Of a DNA stretch of 64,000 bases, positions 36,180 to 45,858 are shown piece after piece. The number at the start of each line of letters is the position of its first letter. Positions within the stretch are counted from its first letter, which is position 1. The stretch is from Candidatus Latescibacterota bacterium (GTDB taxonomy: Bacteria > Latescibacterota > UBA2968), in assembly GCA_965198115.1 (NCBI GenBank), contig OZ240241.1:8192001-8256000 (forward strand). Direction: 5' to 3'. A program made the position numbers and the translations under genes. The notes beneath the pieces were generated by a model. It did no database searches, had not been told where the DNA came from, and worked only from the letters and a program-made list of their open reading frames with translations.

Positions 36180-37238
36180 TTACGAAGTGTGGCGGACTGG
36201 TAGATCGCTTTGAGGTCTCGGGCGACTTCTTTGCGGTTCTTCCAGGAGACGTAGTTCAAGCTGTTCCGCACCATATGGACGATGCACAGTTGAACATCTG
36301 TCCTCGGGAAGACGGCTTCAATCGCTTCAGGGAAGCCGTTGAGCCCATCTACACAGGCCAGGAAGATATCGTTGACGCCACGGTTCTGGAGCTCGGTCAG
36401 GACCGACATCCAGAACTTCGCGCCTTCGTTCTGAGCCGTCCAAAGGCCTAAGAGCTCTTTGTTTCCTGATAGATTAACGCCCAACGCAAGGTAGACGGCC
36501 TTGTTCGTGACGCTTCCATCGTCTCGAATCTTGACGCGGATCGCGTCCAGATAGACGATCGGATAGATGGTGTCCAGAGGTCTGGACTGCCAGGCCTTGA
36601 CCTCCTCGATGACATCATCAGTCACACTGGAGAGCAGCGAGGGAGAGACATCGACCCCGTAGAGCTCCTTCAGGTGCTCCTGAATCGCTCGAGTCGTCAT
36701 CCCACGGGAATACAGCGAGATGATCGTGTCATCAAACCTGTCGAACCGTCTCTGGCGCTTTCTGACGATCTGGGGCTCGAACTCACCATTGCGGTCCCGA
36801 GGCACTTCGATCGGGATCGCACCACGGTCGGTCTTCAGTGTCTTCGGAGTCTTGCCGTTGCGGGAGTTACCACTGTTCTTACCGTCAGAATCGTGCTTCT
36901 CGTAGCCCAGGTGGTCGGTTATCTCGCTTTCGAGCATCCGCTCCACCAGCCCGGCAGTCAGTTGCTTCAGCAGACCTTTCTCGCCCAGTAGGTCATCGGG
37001 ACCGTCACAGTTCTTGATCAGCTCATCGAGGAGACGATCGACTTCAGCATTCCTGGCCATAGAACCTCCTGTTTCTTCACTATAGGATTCTATCACCAGT
37101 TACACGGTTAATCTTACACACTCCTCGACCAGCTCAACATTTTCAGGTAATCGCCACCTTTAGGTGGCGCTTGGTTTCCAACCGCTTTGAGCGGTTCACA
37201 GTTTTCAAGCCTCCGGCTTTGCCGGAGGTCATGACTGA

Positions 37239-39338
37239 ATGCACCAAAAGGGTCCGTTGACCATCTGGGGGACGTGGTTGGGCGCTCTCGCCCTGACCGT
37301 CGTCCCCCTCGCACATGTAGACGGCATTAACCGGTTTACGCTGCTGCCGCAGGTGGGTGTATTGCTGTCGCTGACCCTCTGTGGCGTGAGCGTGTGGCTG
37401 TGGAAGGCCAGAGGCATCCCGTCGCATCCTGCGGCGACCGGCGTCCAGATCTTCCTGGGCGTCCAGGTGGTCGCAGCCCTGTTGTCCGCCAAGCCGGCTC
37501 TCGCGCTGCTTCCTCTGTCGACCGAAGTCGGGTATATCCTCCTCTTCCTTTTTCTTCTGGCGAGTCTCAAGCCGGCCTCCTGCGAAACGATCGCCCGGGC
37601 GGCTGCCGTCGGGGCCGTTGTCGTCTCTGCAATCGGGCTCGTGCAGACCGTGGGAGGATTTTCATCTATCCCCAGTTCCGCCCAGCCGAGTGCGACCCTG
37701 GGACATCGGAACCTGGCGGCCGCCTACGTGGTGGCCGTGACGCCCTACCTCGTGTGGGAGGCGTTCCGAAGCCCGGACCGGCGCGGTCGCCTACTGTGGT
37801 GGCTGGGCGTCGGTGTTTCGATCGCTTTTGTCGTCGCCACGCGGTCCCGAGCGGCGTGGTTGGGTGGCGCAGTAGCCGCGGCCGTGGCTCTGTTCGCCCT
37901 CGCGAGGGGCCGAATAGCCTCTCCTTCCGTGCGGAAATACGGGGTAGGAATGGCGGTGGCCGCGGTGGTCGTCCTGGTGAGCGCCGTCCGGCCCTCCGGG
38001 CCCACGCGGGGAGAGGCCATGTGGCACGAGAAGAGGACCGTCCTGAATGCCGCCCGGTCGGTCGTGGACGATGGGGGTGACAAGGGGCGACTTCGTCTGG
38101 GGCATCGAACGCTGGAGATGATCGCAAATCAGCCGATTATTGGAGTAGGGCCCGGACACTGGCGAATCGTCTATCCTGCGGTCGCCCGGGGCGACATGAT
38201 CGACTCCCAAGCGGCTCCGATTCGCCCCCACAACGATCTGCTGTGGATCTGGGCGGAGTCGGGTAGCCTGGCGATCGCCACGTTCCTTATCGTCGTCTGC
38301 TGGGTGGTTCGAGACGGCTGGCTGGCCGTCGGAAACGTTCCCGTCACTCTCGCGGTCCTCTGCAGCGTGTGCGCCACGATCGTGAGCGGTTTGTTCGGGT
38401 TCAGTCGTGAGTTTCCGGCTACGTGGCTCCCGCTATGGGTCGGGCTGGCGATGCTCCTGTCGACGGCGGGCAATGTCGAGATCAACCAGCGCCGTTTGCA
38501 AGCGGCGTGGTTATCCGTGTTCGTTCTGCTGGCAGGCTCGGGCCTTGTAGTCGTCGCACAGAGTATCCGATTCGACCGGCACCATCTCCAGGCCCGTCTG
38601 GCGGCAGCTCAAGATGATTGGAAGACCGTCGAGCGTGAGGCAACGGCCGCTTTGGCTGTGGGTGCTCTTAACGAAGAGCCGCTCCTCCTTCGTGGGCGGG
38701 CCCTGGAAGCGATGGGCAGACCCCACGAAGCGCTGCGCGACTACGGCGAAGGCCTGGCGTGGGCGCCCAACGACATTGGATTCTGGATCGGTTTCGGCAA
38801 CGGGCTAAGGGCTCGGGGCGATCGGGAGGGGGCCTTCGAGGCCTACCGAACAGCCTCCGCGATCGACCCGTTCGACAGCCGGATCCACAATAATTTAGGA
38901 ACGATGCACGCGGCGTCCGGTCGCCTCGATTCGGCCACGGTATGGCTCGAGAAGGCGGCCACGAGCAAGTCGAAGACGACCGATGTTTACGCGAATCTGA
39001 GTGTGGTGTATCGCCGGACCGGAAACGTCGAACAGGCATTGGATGTGGCAGAAGCCGGGCTTGGACGAGACAGCACGCACGCAGGTCTGTGGAATGCGCT
39101 CGGGAGTGCGGCAGCAGAGGCTGGGGACGGAGACCGGGCACTGATGGCCTTCAGGCAGGCGCTGGCCCTCGATTCGACGCTGGCTCAGCCCCGCTTCAAT
39201 CTCGCGAGAGTCCACGAGTCGGCGGGATCGATCGATTCGGCGGTGGCTGCCTATCGAACCGTCCTGCTCCACGCTCCGGATCCGAACGATCCACGGCTCG
39301 AGTTCGTCCGTCAAAAACTGAAGACGCTGGCGCCCTGA
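37239..39338 (+). CDS. O-antigen ligase-TPR paralogue 7 (intact)
   Basis: 699 aa with FTLLPQ, PSATLGHRN, TRSRAAW, GVGPGHW, RPHND and a TPR tail. Confidence 0.9.
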   Translation: MHQKGPLTIWGTWLGALALTVVPLAHVDGINRFTLLPQVGVLLSLTLCGVSVWLWKARGIPSHPAATGVQIFLGVQVVAALLSAKPALALLPLSTEVGYILLFLFLLASLKPASCETIARAAAVGAVVVSAIGLVQTVGGFSSIPSSAQPSATLGHRNLAAAYVVAVTPYLVWEAFRSPDRRGRLLWWLGVGVSIAFVVATRSRAAWLGGAVAAAVALFALARGRIASPSVRKYGVGMAVAAVVVLVSAVRPSGPTRGEAMWHEKRTVLNAARSVVDDGGDKGRLRLGHRTLEMIANQPIIGVGPGHWRIVYPAVARGDMIDSQAAPIRPHNDLLWIWAESGSLAIATFLIVVCWVVRDGWLAVGNVPVTLAVLCSVCATIVSGLFGFSREFPATWLPLWVGLAMLLSTAGNVEINQRRLQAAWLSVFVLLAGSGLVVVAQSIRFDRHHLQARLAAAQDDWKTVEREATAALAVGALNEEPLLLRGRALEAMGRPHEALRDYGEGLAWAPNDIGFWIGFGNGLRARGDREGAFEAYRTASAIDPFDSRIHNNLGTMHAASGRLDSATVWLEKAATSKSKTTDVYANLSVVYRRTGNVEQALDVAEAGLGRDSTHAGLWNALGSAAAEAGDGDRALMAFRQALALDSTLAQPRFNLARVHESAGSIDSAVAAYRTVLLHAPDPNDPRLEFVRQKLKTLAP

Positions 39339-39350
39339 CTGGGCTTTTCA

Positions 39351-39380
39351 TTGACGCAGGTTCCGCATCTTGACTATAAT
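39351..39380 (+). promoter_or_regulatory. Sigma70-type promoter
   Basis: TTGACG-N18-TATAAT. Confidence 0.65.
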
Positions 39381-40260
39381 TCAATCACTTACCACGATCT
39401 TTCTCGGTTGCAGGCCCGTACTGCCCATCGCGCTGACCCTCGTGGTGATGGGGTGCGAGGCCAAACCGTTTAACGTGGTCGCCCCAGCTTTCGAACGGCG
39501 GGAAGGAAGCGCCCTGGTTTCGGCCACCGTGCCGCCGTTCTCTCGCGGGTTGATCCAGCGCGCCGAAGTCCGAGTCACTCCGGCCGACACGGCGCGAATG
39601 CGGACGATCACGCGGAACATGAATTTTCCGAATCCGGGTGGCAACCTGTCGGTCGGCCAGGTGACGGGCATCCTGATCGGGCTCCGCCGGTTTACGGTTC
39701 GTGCGTTCGACACCGTTGGGACCCTGCGGTTTTCGGGTTTCTCCGATTCGACGGTTTCCTTCAACCAGACGCAACTGGTGCAGGTCAACCTGGGGCCCAT
39801 CGGGGGCACGGTACGTTTCCAGACGATTCTGAACCCGGGGGCCATAGACTTCACGGTGATCGACTCTGCGGGGATCGCCGCTTTACCGTCGACGTCGGTG
39901 CTGGATGTGCTCGAACTGGTCGACGAGCCGCATCATCCGAGTTTCGCCGTTCTCCCGGTTTTCTCGGTCGCCCTCGGCGAGCGGTTTACCCTGGATGGCG
40001 AGCAGCGGTTTACGAAAACGATCACGGCCAGCACGATTCCGACTGGCGTGCGTCGATTCGTCGCCCATCTGAAGGATCTTTCGAGTAACCAGACACTCGC
40101 CTTCGCCGACACGATCTCGGTGGAAATCGTCGCCTCGACGACGGCGAGTGCCGAGTTCAACTTGAATCTCGTCGAAGACACGCAGACCGTGATCGAGATC
40201 TTCACGAAGCAAACCCTGCCTCCCGACAGCACGATCGTGGTCGTTAGTCCCCAGTTTTAG
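39370..40260 (+). CDS. Hypothetical lipoprotein with two similar beta-rich halves (start uncertain)
   Basis: Lipobox VMG-C. Internal repeat (I/P).G.RRF.......: GILIGLRRFTVRAFD and TIPTGVRRFVAHLKD. Confidence 0.7.
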   Translation: MTIIQSLTTIFLGCRPVLPIALTLVVMGCEAKPFNVVAPAFERREGSALVSATVPPFSRGLIQRAEVRVTPADTARMRTITRNMNFPNPGGNLSVGQVTGILIGLRRFTVRAFDTVGTLRFSGFSDSTVSFNQTQLVQVNLGPIGGTVRFQTILNPGAIDFTVIDSAGIAALPSTSVLDVLELVDEPHHPSFAVLPVFSVALGERFTLDGEQRFTKTITASTIPTGVRRFVAHLKDLSSNQTLAFADTISVEIVASTTASAEFNLNLVEDTQTVIEIFTKQTLPPDSTIVVVSPQF

Positions 40261-40306
40261 GCTGTCCCCGGCCGTCACAAGCCCGCTCCCCGAATCGGAA
40301 GGTGCG

Positions 40307-40822
40307 ATGGATGCGTCACGTGGATCCGGCGGTGGCTCCTCTCTTTCCTCTCAACTCTCTCTGACATTCGAACGCAGCGAGTCGGCTGTTTCACCTTTGT
40401 CACGCGCTCGGTGCTCCCACTGCGGCCGGCCCATTGACGTTCCTGCGTGGCTGGCGAGCGAGGGGCTCAAACTGCACTTCTGCGACGATCGATGCCGCAC
40501 GCGGTGGAAGCAGTCTTCGGGCGACGATGTCGATCTGCGTGGGCGCGATGCGTTCCGTGGTGGAGACTGGGCGAGGCAGGCGGCCCGGGCGCGTCGGCGA
40601 GACGGCTATCGCTGTCGCCAATGCGGTGTGAGTGAAGAAAAGCTCGGGCGTCAGCTGGATGTGCACCACGTCGTCCCCTTCCGCCTCTTTCCATCGTCCA
40701 GGGAGGCCAATCGCCTGACGAACCTGACGTCGTTGTGCCCGTCGTGTCATAAATCGCGTGAGTTGGACGGCCATTCCCGTTACCCGCTGTTCGGCAACGG
40801 GGAATCGTGCCGGCCCTGGTAG
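40307..40822 (+). CDS. HNH endonuclease with an N-terminal Cys-rich Zn-binding module
   Basis: CSHCG...FCDDRC, then RDGYRCRQCG, LDVHHVVPF, N.LTNL..LCPSCH. Confidence 0.85.
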   Translation: MDASRGSGGGSSLSSQLSLTFERSESAVSPLSRARCSHCGRPIDVPAWLASEGLKLHFCDDRCRTRWKQSSGDDVDLRGRDAFRGGDWARQAARARRRDGYRCRQCGVSEEKLGRQLDVHHVVPFRLFPSSREANRLTNLTSLCPSCHKSRELDGHSRYPLFGNGESCRPW

Positions 40823-42226
40823 GTGCCCGTGCAGCCGGTCAACAAGAAAGCGGTTTTCAAGGCCATCCTGGCGATAGGCGATCTTGCTCTTGCCATTTTG
40901 GCCTTTGTCGTGGCCTACTGGCTGCGATTCCATCTGCCTTTTCTACCCGCGCCTCCCCCCGCCGATCTCGGGCTCTACCTGCGCTTCTCGCTGTTCATCG
41001 GATTCGTCGGCTTTGTGTCTCTCTACAGCACCGGACTGTATCGGCTCGACCAGCCGTTTTTCGGCGTCGATGACTTTTTCGCGATCATCAAAGCCTCGTC
41101 CCTCGCCCACCTGATCGCGGCCGCGGTGGGGTTTGCGATCCGCGGTCGTATCCCTGGAGATCCGGTCGAGACGTATTCGCGCATGGTTCTGGCCATGTCG
41201 TGGCTGCTCGCCATCGTGTTCCTGACGGTTTGGCGGATTGTTTTCGATGTGGTGATGATAGGTTTCCGCAAACGTGGGATTGGGCTCACGCGCGTTCTGA
41301 TCGTCGGCGGGGACGAATTTGGGCGTGCGTTTCACGAATTGCTCAGCGCCAATCCGGAACTCGGATACCGCTCGGCGGGTTTTGTGGAGGACGATCATTT
41401 CGATGCCCTGGACGAACGGCTTCGCCGCGATCCGGTCGACGAGGTGATGATGGCCACGCGGCAAGCCGATGCGGAAACGGTCATGTCGGTCATGTCGGTG
41501 TGCCAGTCGCTGGCCATCCGGTTCAGCATGGTGCCGACGCTGTTCAACGTGATGACGAGCCGCGTCCAGGTTCGCGAGATTGCCGGGGTTCCGATCTTTG
41601 CCCTGGACGAGCGGATTTTCCTCCGATCGAGCCGGCTTCTCAAGCGGGCGATCGACCTGACGCTCGGCACGGTCGCCCTCGTGCTGGCTTCCCCCGTCTT
41701 CGGGCTCGCGGCCGCACTGATCCGAGTCGAATCGAAGGGACCCACGCTGATCAGACAGACGAGGGTCGGAAAGGGCGCGCGCCCGTTCACCGTCTACAAG
41801 TTTCGATCCATGCGTCAGGATGCTGACGCGCTGAAGGACGACCTTCGCCATCTCAACGAATCCCAGGGCCCTCTGTTCAAGATCAAGAACGACCCCCGGA
41901 TCACGCGGGTTGGCCGCATTATCCGCAAGCTCAGCATCGACGAGCTGCCCCAGCTGGTGAATGTGCTGCGCGGGGAGATGAGCCTGGTCGGCCCGCGTCC
42001 TCCGTTGCCCGACGAAGTCGACCAATACGAGAGCTGGCAGCGAAAGCGGTTCGAGGTGCTGCCGGGGTTGACGGGTCTTGCGCAGATCAGCGGTCGTAGC
42101 GACCTGTCTTTTGACGAGACGCTGCGATTCGACTTTTACTACATCGAGAACTGGTCCCCGCTGGTGGACATCAAGATCATGCTTAAATCGGTTCCCAAAG
42201 TTATTCTGGGCCGCGGTGCCTATTGA
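40823..42226 (+). CDS. Polyprenyl-phosphate glycosylphosphotransferase (priming sugar transferase, WcaJ-like)
   Basis: Four N-terminal TM helices, then [49 protein letters not shown] and YIENWS. Confidence 0.95.
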   Translation: MPVQPVNKKAVFKAILAIGDLALAILAFVVAYWLRFHLPFLPAPPPADLGLYLRFSLFIGFVGFVSLYSTGLYRLDQPFFGVDDFFAIIKASSLAHLIAAAVGFAIRGRIPGDPVETYSRMVLAMSWLLAIVFLTVWRIVFDVVMIGFRKRGIGLTRVLIVGGDEFGRAFHELLSANPELGYRSAGFVEDDHFDALDERLRRDPVDEVMMATRQADAETVMSVMSVCQSLAIRFSMVPTLFNVMTSRVQVREIAGVPIFALDERIFLRSSRLLKRAIDLTLGTVALVLASPVFGLAAALIRVESKGPTLIRQTRVGKGARPFTVYKFRSMRQDADALKDDLRHLNESQGPLFKIKNDPRITRVGRIIRKLSIDELPQLVNVLRGEMSLVGPRPPLPDEVDQYESWQRKRFEVLPGLTGLAQISGRSDLSFDETLRFDFYYIENWSPLVDIKIMLKSVPKVILGRGAY

Positions 42227-44504
42227 CCGCTCCGGCCTCTCCGCAAGGCGCTTCCCGCGCGACGATCCGACGTTGCCTCCAGGCGACACTGCTGTTTCTA
42301 CCGCTCGTTCTTCTGCCCGACGGGTTTCAGTTCGCTCACTACCCTAAAATTCTCGTTCTGCAAATCAGCCTCGTGATCCTCGTCGCTCTGACTTTGGGGC
42401 AGGGGCCATCACGAACCTCTACGGGGATCCTGCTTCTCCTTGCGTGGACGCTCGTTCAAACGTTCCGCAGTCTGAATCCGTGGAGCGCGTCCCTTCTTCT
42501 CGCGACGCAGGTCGGTGCGATGGGAGTCGGTCTCGTTGTTGCGAGTCGTACGAGGCCCGAGGACGATGATGGGTTACTTCGGGCGATGGTATGGGGTGGG
42601 GGACTGATGGCCCTCGTGGGGCTGCTGGAGTACGCCGGACTGGTCTGGTTGCCTTCGGCCGGGCGGCCGAGCGCGACGATGGGGTTCCGCAACGTCGCGG
42701 CAGCTTCGATTCCGGCGGCGTTCTGTCTGTCGACAAGGCGAAACAACGATCGCCTCGTCGGGATCGTCGCGCTGGGGGTGACAGCCCTCTTCGTCGTCTA
42801 CGCTCGATCTCGTGGTGCCTACCTGGCCGTGGGCGTGGCCGCGCTCTATGGCGGTGTCGTGGGTCTTCGCTCGGGCTTCCCTCGCGTTTCGCGGCTGGCG
42901 TCTCCGCTCGTTGTGCTGATTTTCGTGGCCGTCCTATCCGGTGTGTCGCCCCGCTACGACGATCCATCGGCCACCTGTATTGACGAGAAAAATCGACCGT
43001 CGTGCGCACTGTTCGGTCCTTTGTCGAAGAGGGGGGCGATCGCAATCGATGGAAGATCTGGGGGCATACGTGGTCTCTGATCCGAGATAACCCGGTGCTC
43101 GGCGTGGGAAGCGGCAACTGGAGCACCTTTTACCCGAGCTACGATCGTGGAGACGTGATGCACATCCAGTCGGCGCCCCGACGTCCTCACAACGATGTGC
43201 TGTGGGTTTGGGCGGAGTTGGGAATCGTAGGTCTCGGACTGTATCTGTGGGTGCTTTACAGTGCGCTCCGTGGTAGACCACATCACGGGAGCTGGCTCGT
43301 GTTCCGGTGTGTGGTGCTCGTGATTTTCGTGCACGGGCTTTTCAGCTTTCCACGCGAGCAGGCCGCACCGGCACTCCTGTTCTGGGTTGCGATTGGAGCG
43401 CTCCACCGTGGGCGAGGTCGCTCCTGGCCGATCCCGTGGACCCGAGCCCTTTACGCCGGGCTGGTCGTTCTGGGACTGGCCGGGGGATGGGTATCGGTGC
43501 GGGCGATTCTGTTCGACAGAGAGTACGCAGCCGCGCTGGCCGCCCAGGGGGCCGGCGACACGACAGAACAGATCGGACACGCTGGGGGAGCCATCGGGTG
43601 GGGGGCGTTCGATCATCGGGTCTTCATCACACTGGGAGACGGTCTGTTCGAGCAGACGGACTATGAAGGATCGAGCGAGGTCTACAGCCGATACACTGAA
43701 GTGGAACCGTATTTGCCGGCGGCGTTGAACAATCTGGGGCAGAGTCTCATCGCTCAAAACGACTACCTTGGTGCGGAGCCCTATCTCCGTCGGGGGCTGC
43801 AGATCCTCTCTGATGACGGATATTTGAGGAACAACCTGGCCGAGGCGCTGCGTCGACAGGAGCGCCCTACAGAGGCCCTCGCGCTGTTCGACGATGTGGC
43901 CTCGTTATCGGCGACCGACCACCACAGCCTCGGTGTGCTCAAAGCAGAGATGGACAACCTGACCGAGGCCGAATACCACTACGAGACCGCCCTGCAGCTG
44001 GACGCGAACCTGCACGAGGTGATCTACAGCCTCGCCGGGATCGGCCTGCTGGAGGGACGGCTGGATCAGGCCGCGAGGGGCTACGAACGGTTCCTGTCGG
44101 TCTGGACCGGACAATCGGCCTACGTGCGAAGGGCAAAGAACCGATTGAGACAGATCTACCCCGAACTCGCCCGGAGGTATGTGGTTGAGGCGAGGATGGT
44201 AGAGGCAGTTGACACGTACGGTCGGCTGGTCGATCTGGGTGGCGTCGATGCCGAGACGTTGCACGCGTATGCGACGGTCCTGGCGCGTTTGGGTCGTGTC
44301 GAACAGGCGATTGCGGTCGGCAGGCACGTCGTGGAGACGGACGGGTCATTCGTACCCGTCTACCTGACGTTGGGACAGTTGTATGAGGCGGCAGGGAATC
44401 CCGGGGCCGCGTACCAGCACTACACGATCTTCCTGAATCGGTGGGAAGAACCGGGTCCCCAACGGGCCGTAGCGGAAGAAAGACGCCAGGCTCTGAAGCA
44501 GTGA
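42223..44504 (+). CDS. O-antigen ligase-TPR paralogue 8 (frameshift near 42990)
   Basis: PSAGRPSATMGFRN and ARSRGAY in ORF 42223..43080. GVGSGNW, RPHND and TPRs in ORF 43002..44504. Confidence 0.82.
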
Positions 44505-45773
44505 CTATCGTTCGGCGGACGCCGATCCGAAGATGCGCTCGCACACGTCCGACACTCGGTCGCGATAGCCCTCCGGGGCGAACACATAGAGCTTCCAGAG
44601 TCGTTCGTACTGGTCTTCGACGACCTTGACGTCGATCGGGGGGCTGTCGAGCGGTTCGTTCAGACGTTTGAGGCCCTGCTTCGAGGTCACCCAGACGCGG
44701 GCCTCCTTGATCGCTGAGATGTCGGGGCAAGAGAGGATGACCTGATCCGATTCGAGGACGACGGCATCGGCGATCTCGGCTTCGACGTGCTGTCGCGCTT
44801 CGATCGACCGGTTGTAGGTCGCGATGAGATCGTCTCGACTCCGCCGGCCAACCTGGGCGGTGGTCAGGCTGTAAGCCCTTTTCAGCAATCGCCTGCTGGC
44901 GACGGCTCCGATCAGCCGGCGGATGCGTCCGTCGCCGTGGGTTTGGAGACGCGCGAATAGTCCCTCATCGGTGAGCGGGTAAAGGTCCTGTTCGGTCAAC
45001 CCTGCGAGTGAGGCGAGTTCGACAGCTTTCGCGATCATGGCGCCCGAAATGACCTTGGCGTGGTGGTAGTAGATGCGCTCCGTCAAAAAGTATCGGAGCC
45101 TGAGAAGGTGCAGGATTTCGGTTCGGGTGCTCATCTTCTGCGTGTCGACAGCCAACTGCCCATCTTGAACGACGAAGGTCGACAGGATCCGGTCGTCGTA
45201 ATCCTGCCGAAGCCCCGCGAAGTAGGCGTCTCTCCGCAAGTAGTCCAATAGATCGGCGTCGATCGTGCTGGCGATGATGTGACGTTTCCACGGGTGACCG
45301 CCACCATCGGTTGTGAGCATCGAGCGCACGTCGTCGGCGTGTCCCGAGGCCTCCAGCGCGTCGCTCAAGTCACCCTGGGTCAGGAACAGACCGAGTCGTT
45401 CCGCCGTGTCGTGCCTGGGGAAGAGCTTACGCTCGTCCTCGAATGTGTGGCCGTACGGAAGATGCGAGATGTCGTGGACGAGCGCGGCCAATGCGATGGC
45501 GTCCTCGTCGTCCGCGCTGACGTCGAACCCGTTCGATCGAACGGCCGCCACGATTTTTCGAGCCATAGCGGCCGTGCCGAGGGAGTGCTCGAACCGTGTG
45601 TGGAGCGCGCCGGGGTAGACGAGGTAGGCCGTTCCCGTCTGCCGAATTCCACGCAGTCGTTGAAACTGCGGCGTGTCCATCACGCGACGTTCGGCCTCGG
45701 TGAAAGCGATGTCTCCGTGCACGGCGTCTCGCACGATCACGTCGCAGTCTCCGGAAGGGGGGTAAATTGACAC
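44505..45773 (-). CDS. HD-domain phosphohydrolase (dNTP triphosphohydrolase-like)
   Basis: Motifs RDAVHG, FQRLRGIRQ, YPGALHTRFEHSLG, HDISHLPYGH, DADLLDYLRRD and IYYH. Confidence 0.9.
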   Translation of the reverse strand: MSIYPPSGDCDVIVRDAVHGDIAFTEAERRVMDTPQFQRLRGIRQTGTAYLVYPGALHTRFEHSLGTAAMARKIVAAVRSNGFDVSADDEDAIALAALVHDISHLPYGHTFEDERKLFPRHDTAERLGLFLTQGDLSDALEASGHADDVRSMLTTDGGGHPWKRHIIASTIDADLLDYLRRDAYFAGLRQDYDDRILSTFVVQDGQLAVDTQKMSTRTEILHLLRLRYFLTERIYYHHAKVISGAMIAKAVELASLAGLTEQDLYPLTDEGLFARLQTHGDGRIRRLIGAVASRRLLKRAYSLTTAQVGRRSRDDLIATYNRSIEARQHVEAEIADAVVLESDQVILSCPDISAIKEARVWVTSKQGLKRLNEPLDSPPIDVKVVEDQYERLWKLYVFAPEGYRDRVSDVCERIFGSASAER

Positions 45774-45858
45774 CTATGGAGGCGAACCGTATCTTGCGGC
45801 GGCCTGCGGGCAGGAGAGCCCGACCGGTGGGGTGATTCTGGACAGGAGGGACTGATCG

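Larger units (their letters stand above)
34441..37060 (-). pseudogene. IS256-family transposase split by the inner IS
   Basis: N part has NSRNG, VPRDRNGEFEP, VYLDAI, VDGLNGF and VQLCIVH. C part has IYTTNAIES. They rejoin as YQSATLRKAENQL. Confidence 0.9.
34405..37123 (-). mobile_element. IS256-family element (outer), inserted in tnpA
   Basis: IRs GgGTGTGT...GTGTAACTGGTGA at 34405 and GaGTGTGT...GTGTAACTGGTGA (reverse complement, ending 37123). No canonical 8-9 bp duplication is visible. Confidence 0.85.
34002..37150 (+). pseudogene. tnpA: IS200-family HUH transposase, interrupted near its C-terminus
   Basis: Motifs DHVH, KGKS, HFWARGYWVSTVG and EYIQNQEREDR. The tail LDQLNIFR* lies at 37124-37150 beyond the nested ISs. 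Confidence 0.88.
33883..37235 (+). mobile_element. IS200/IS605-family element (tnpA only) carrying two nested IS256-family elements
   Basis: Subterminal hairpins CCCCGGC-tct-GCCGGGG (about 33897-33914) and CCTCCGGC-ttt-GCCGGAGG (about 37210-37228). No target duplication. Ends are inferred after TAAC and at TGAC. Confidence 0.8.

Noticed and set aside
33883-37235. TnpB/omega-RNA associated with the IS200-like element
   Set aside because: Only about 85 bp lie between the tnpA stop and the right end, and there is no TnpB ORF.
44505-45773. HD protein as an anti-phage dNTPase system
   Set aside because: It is a standalone member of a widespread housekeeping family with no defence neighbours.
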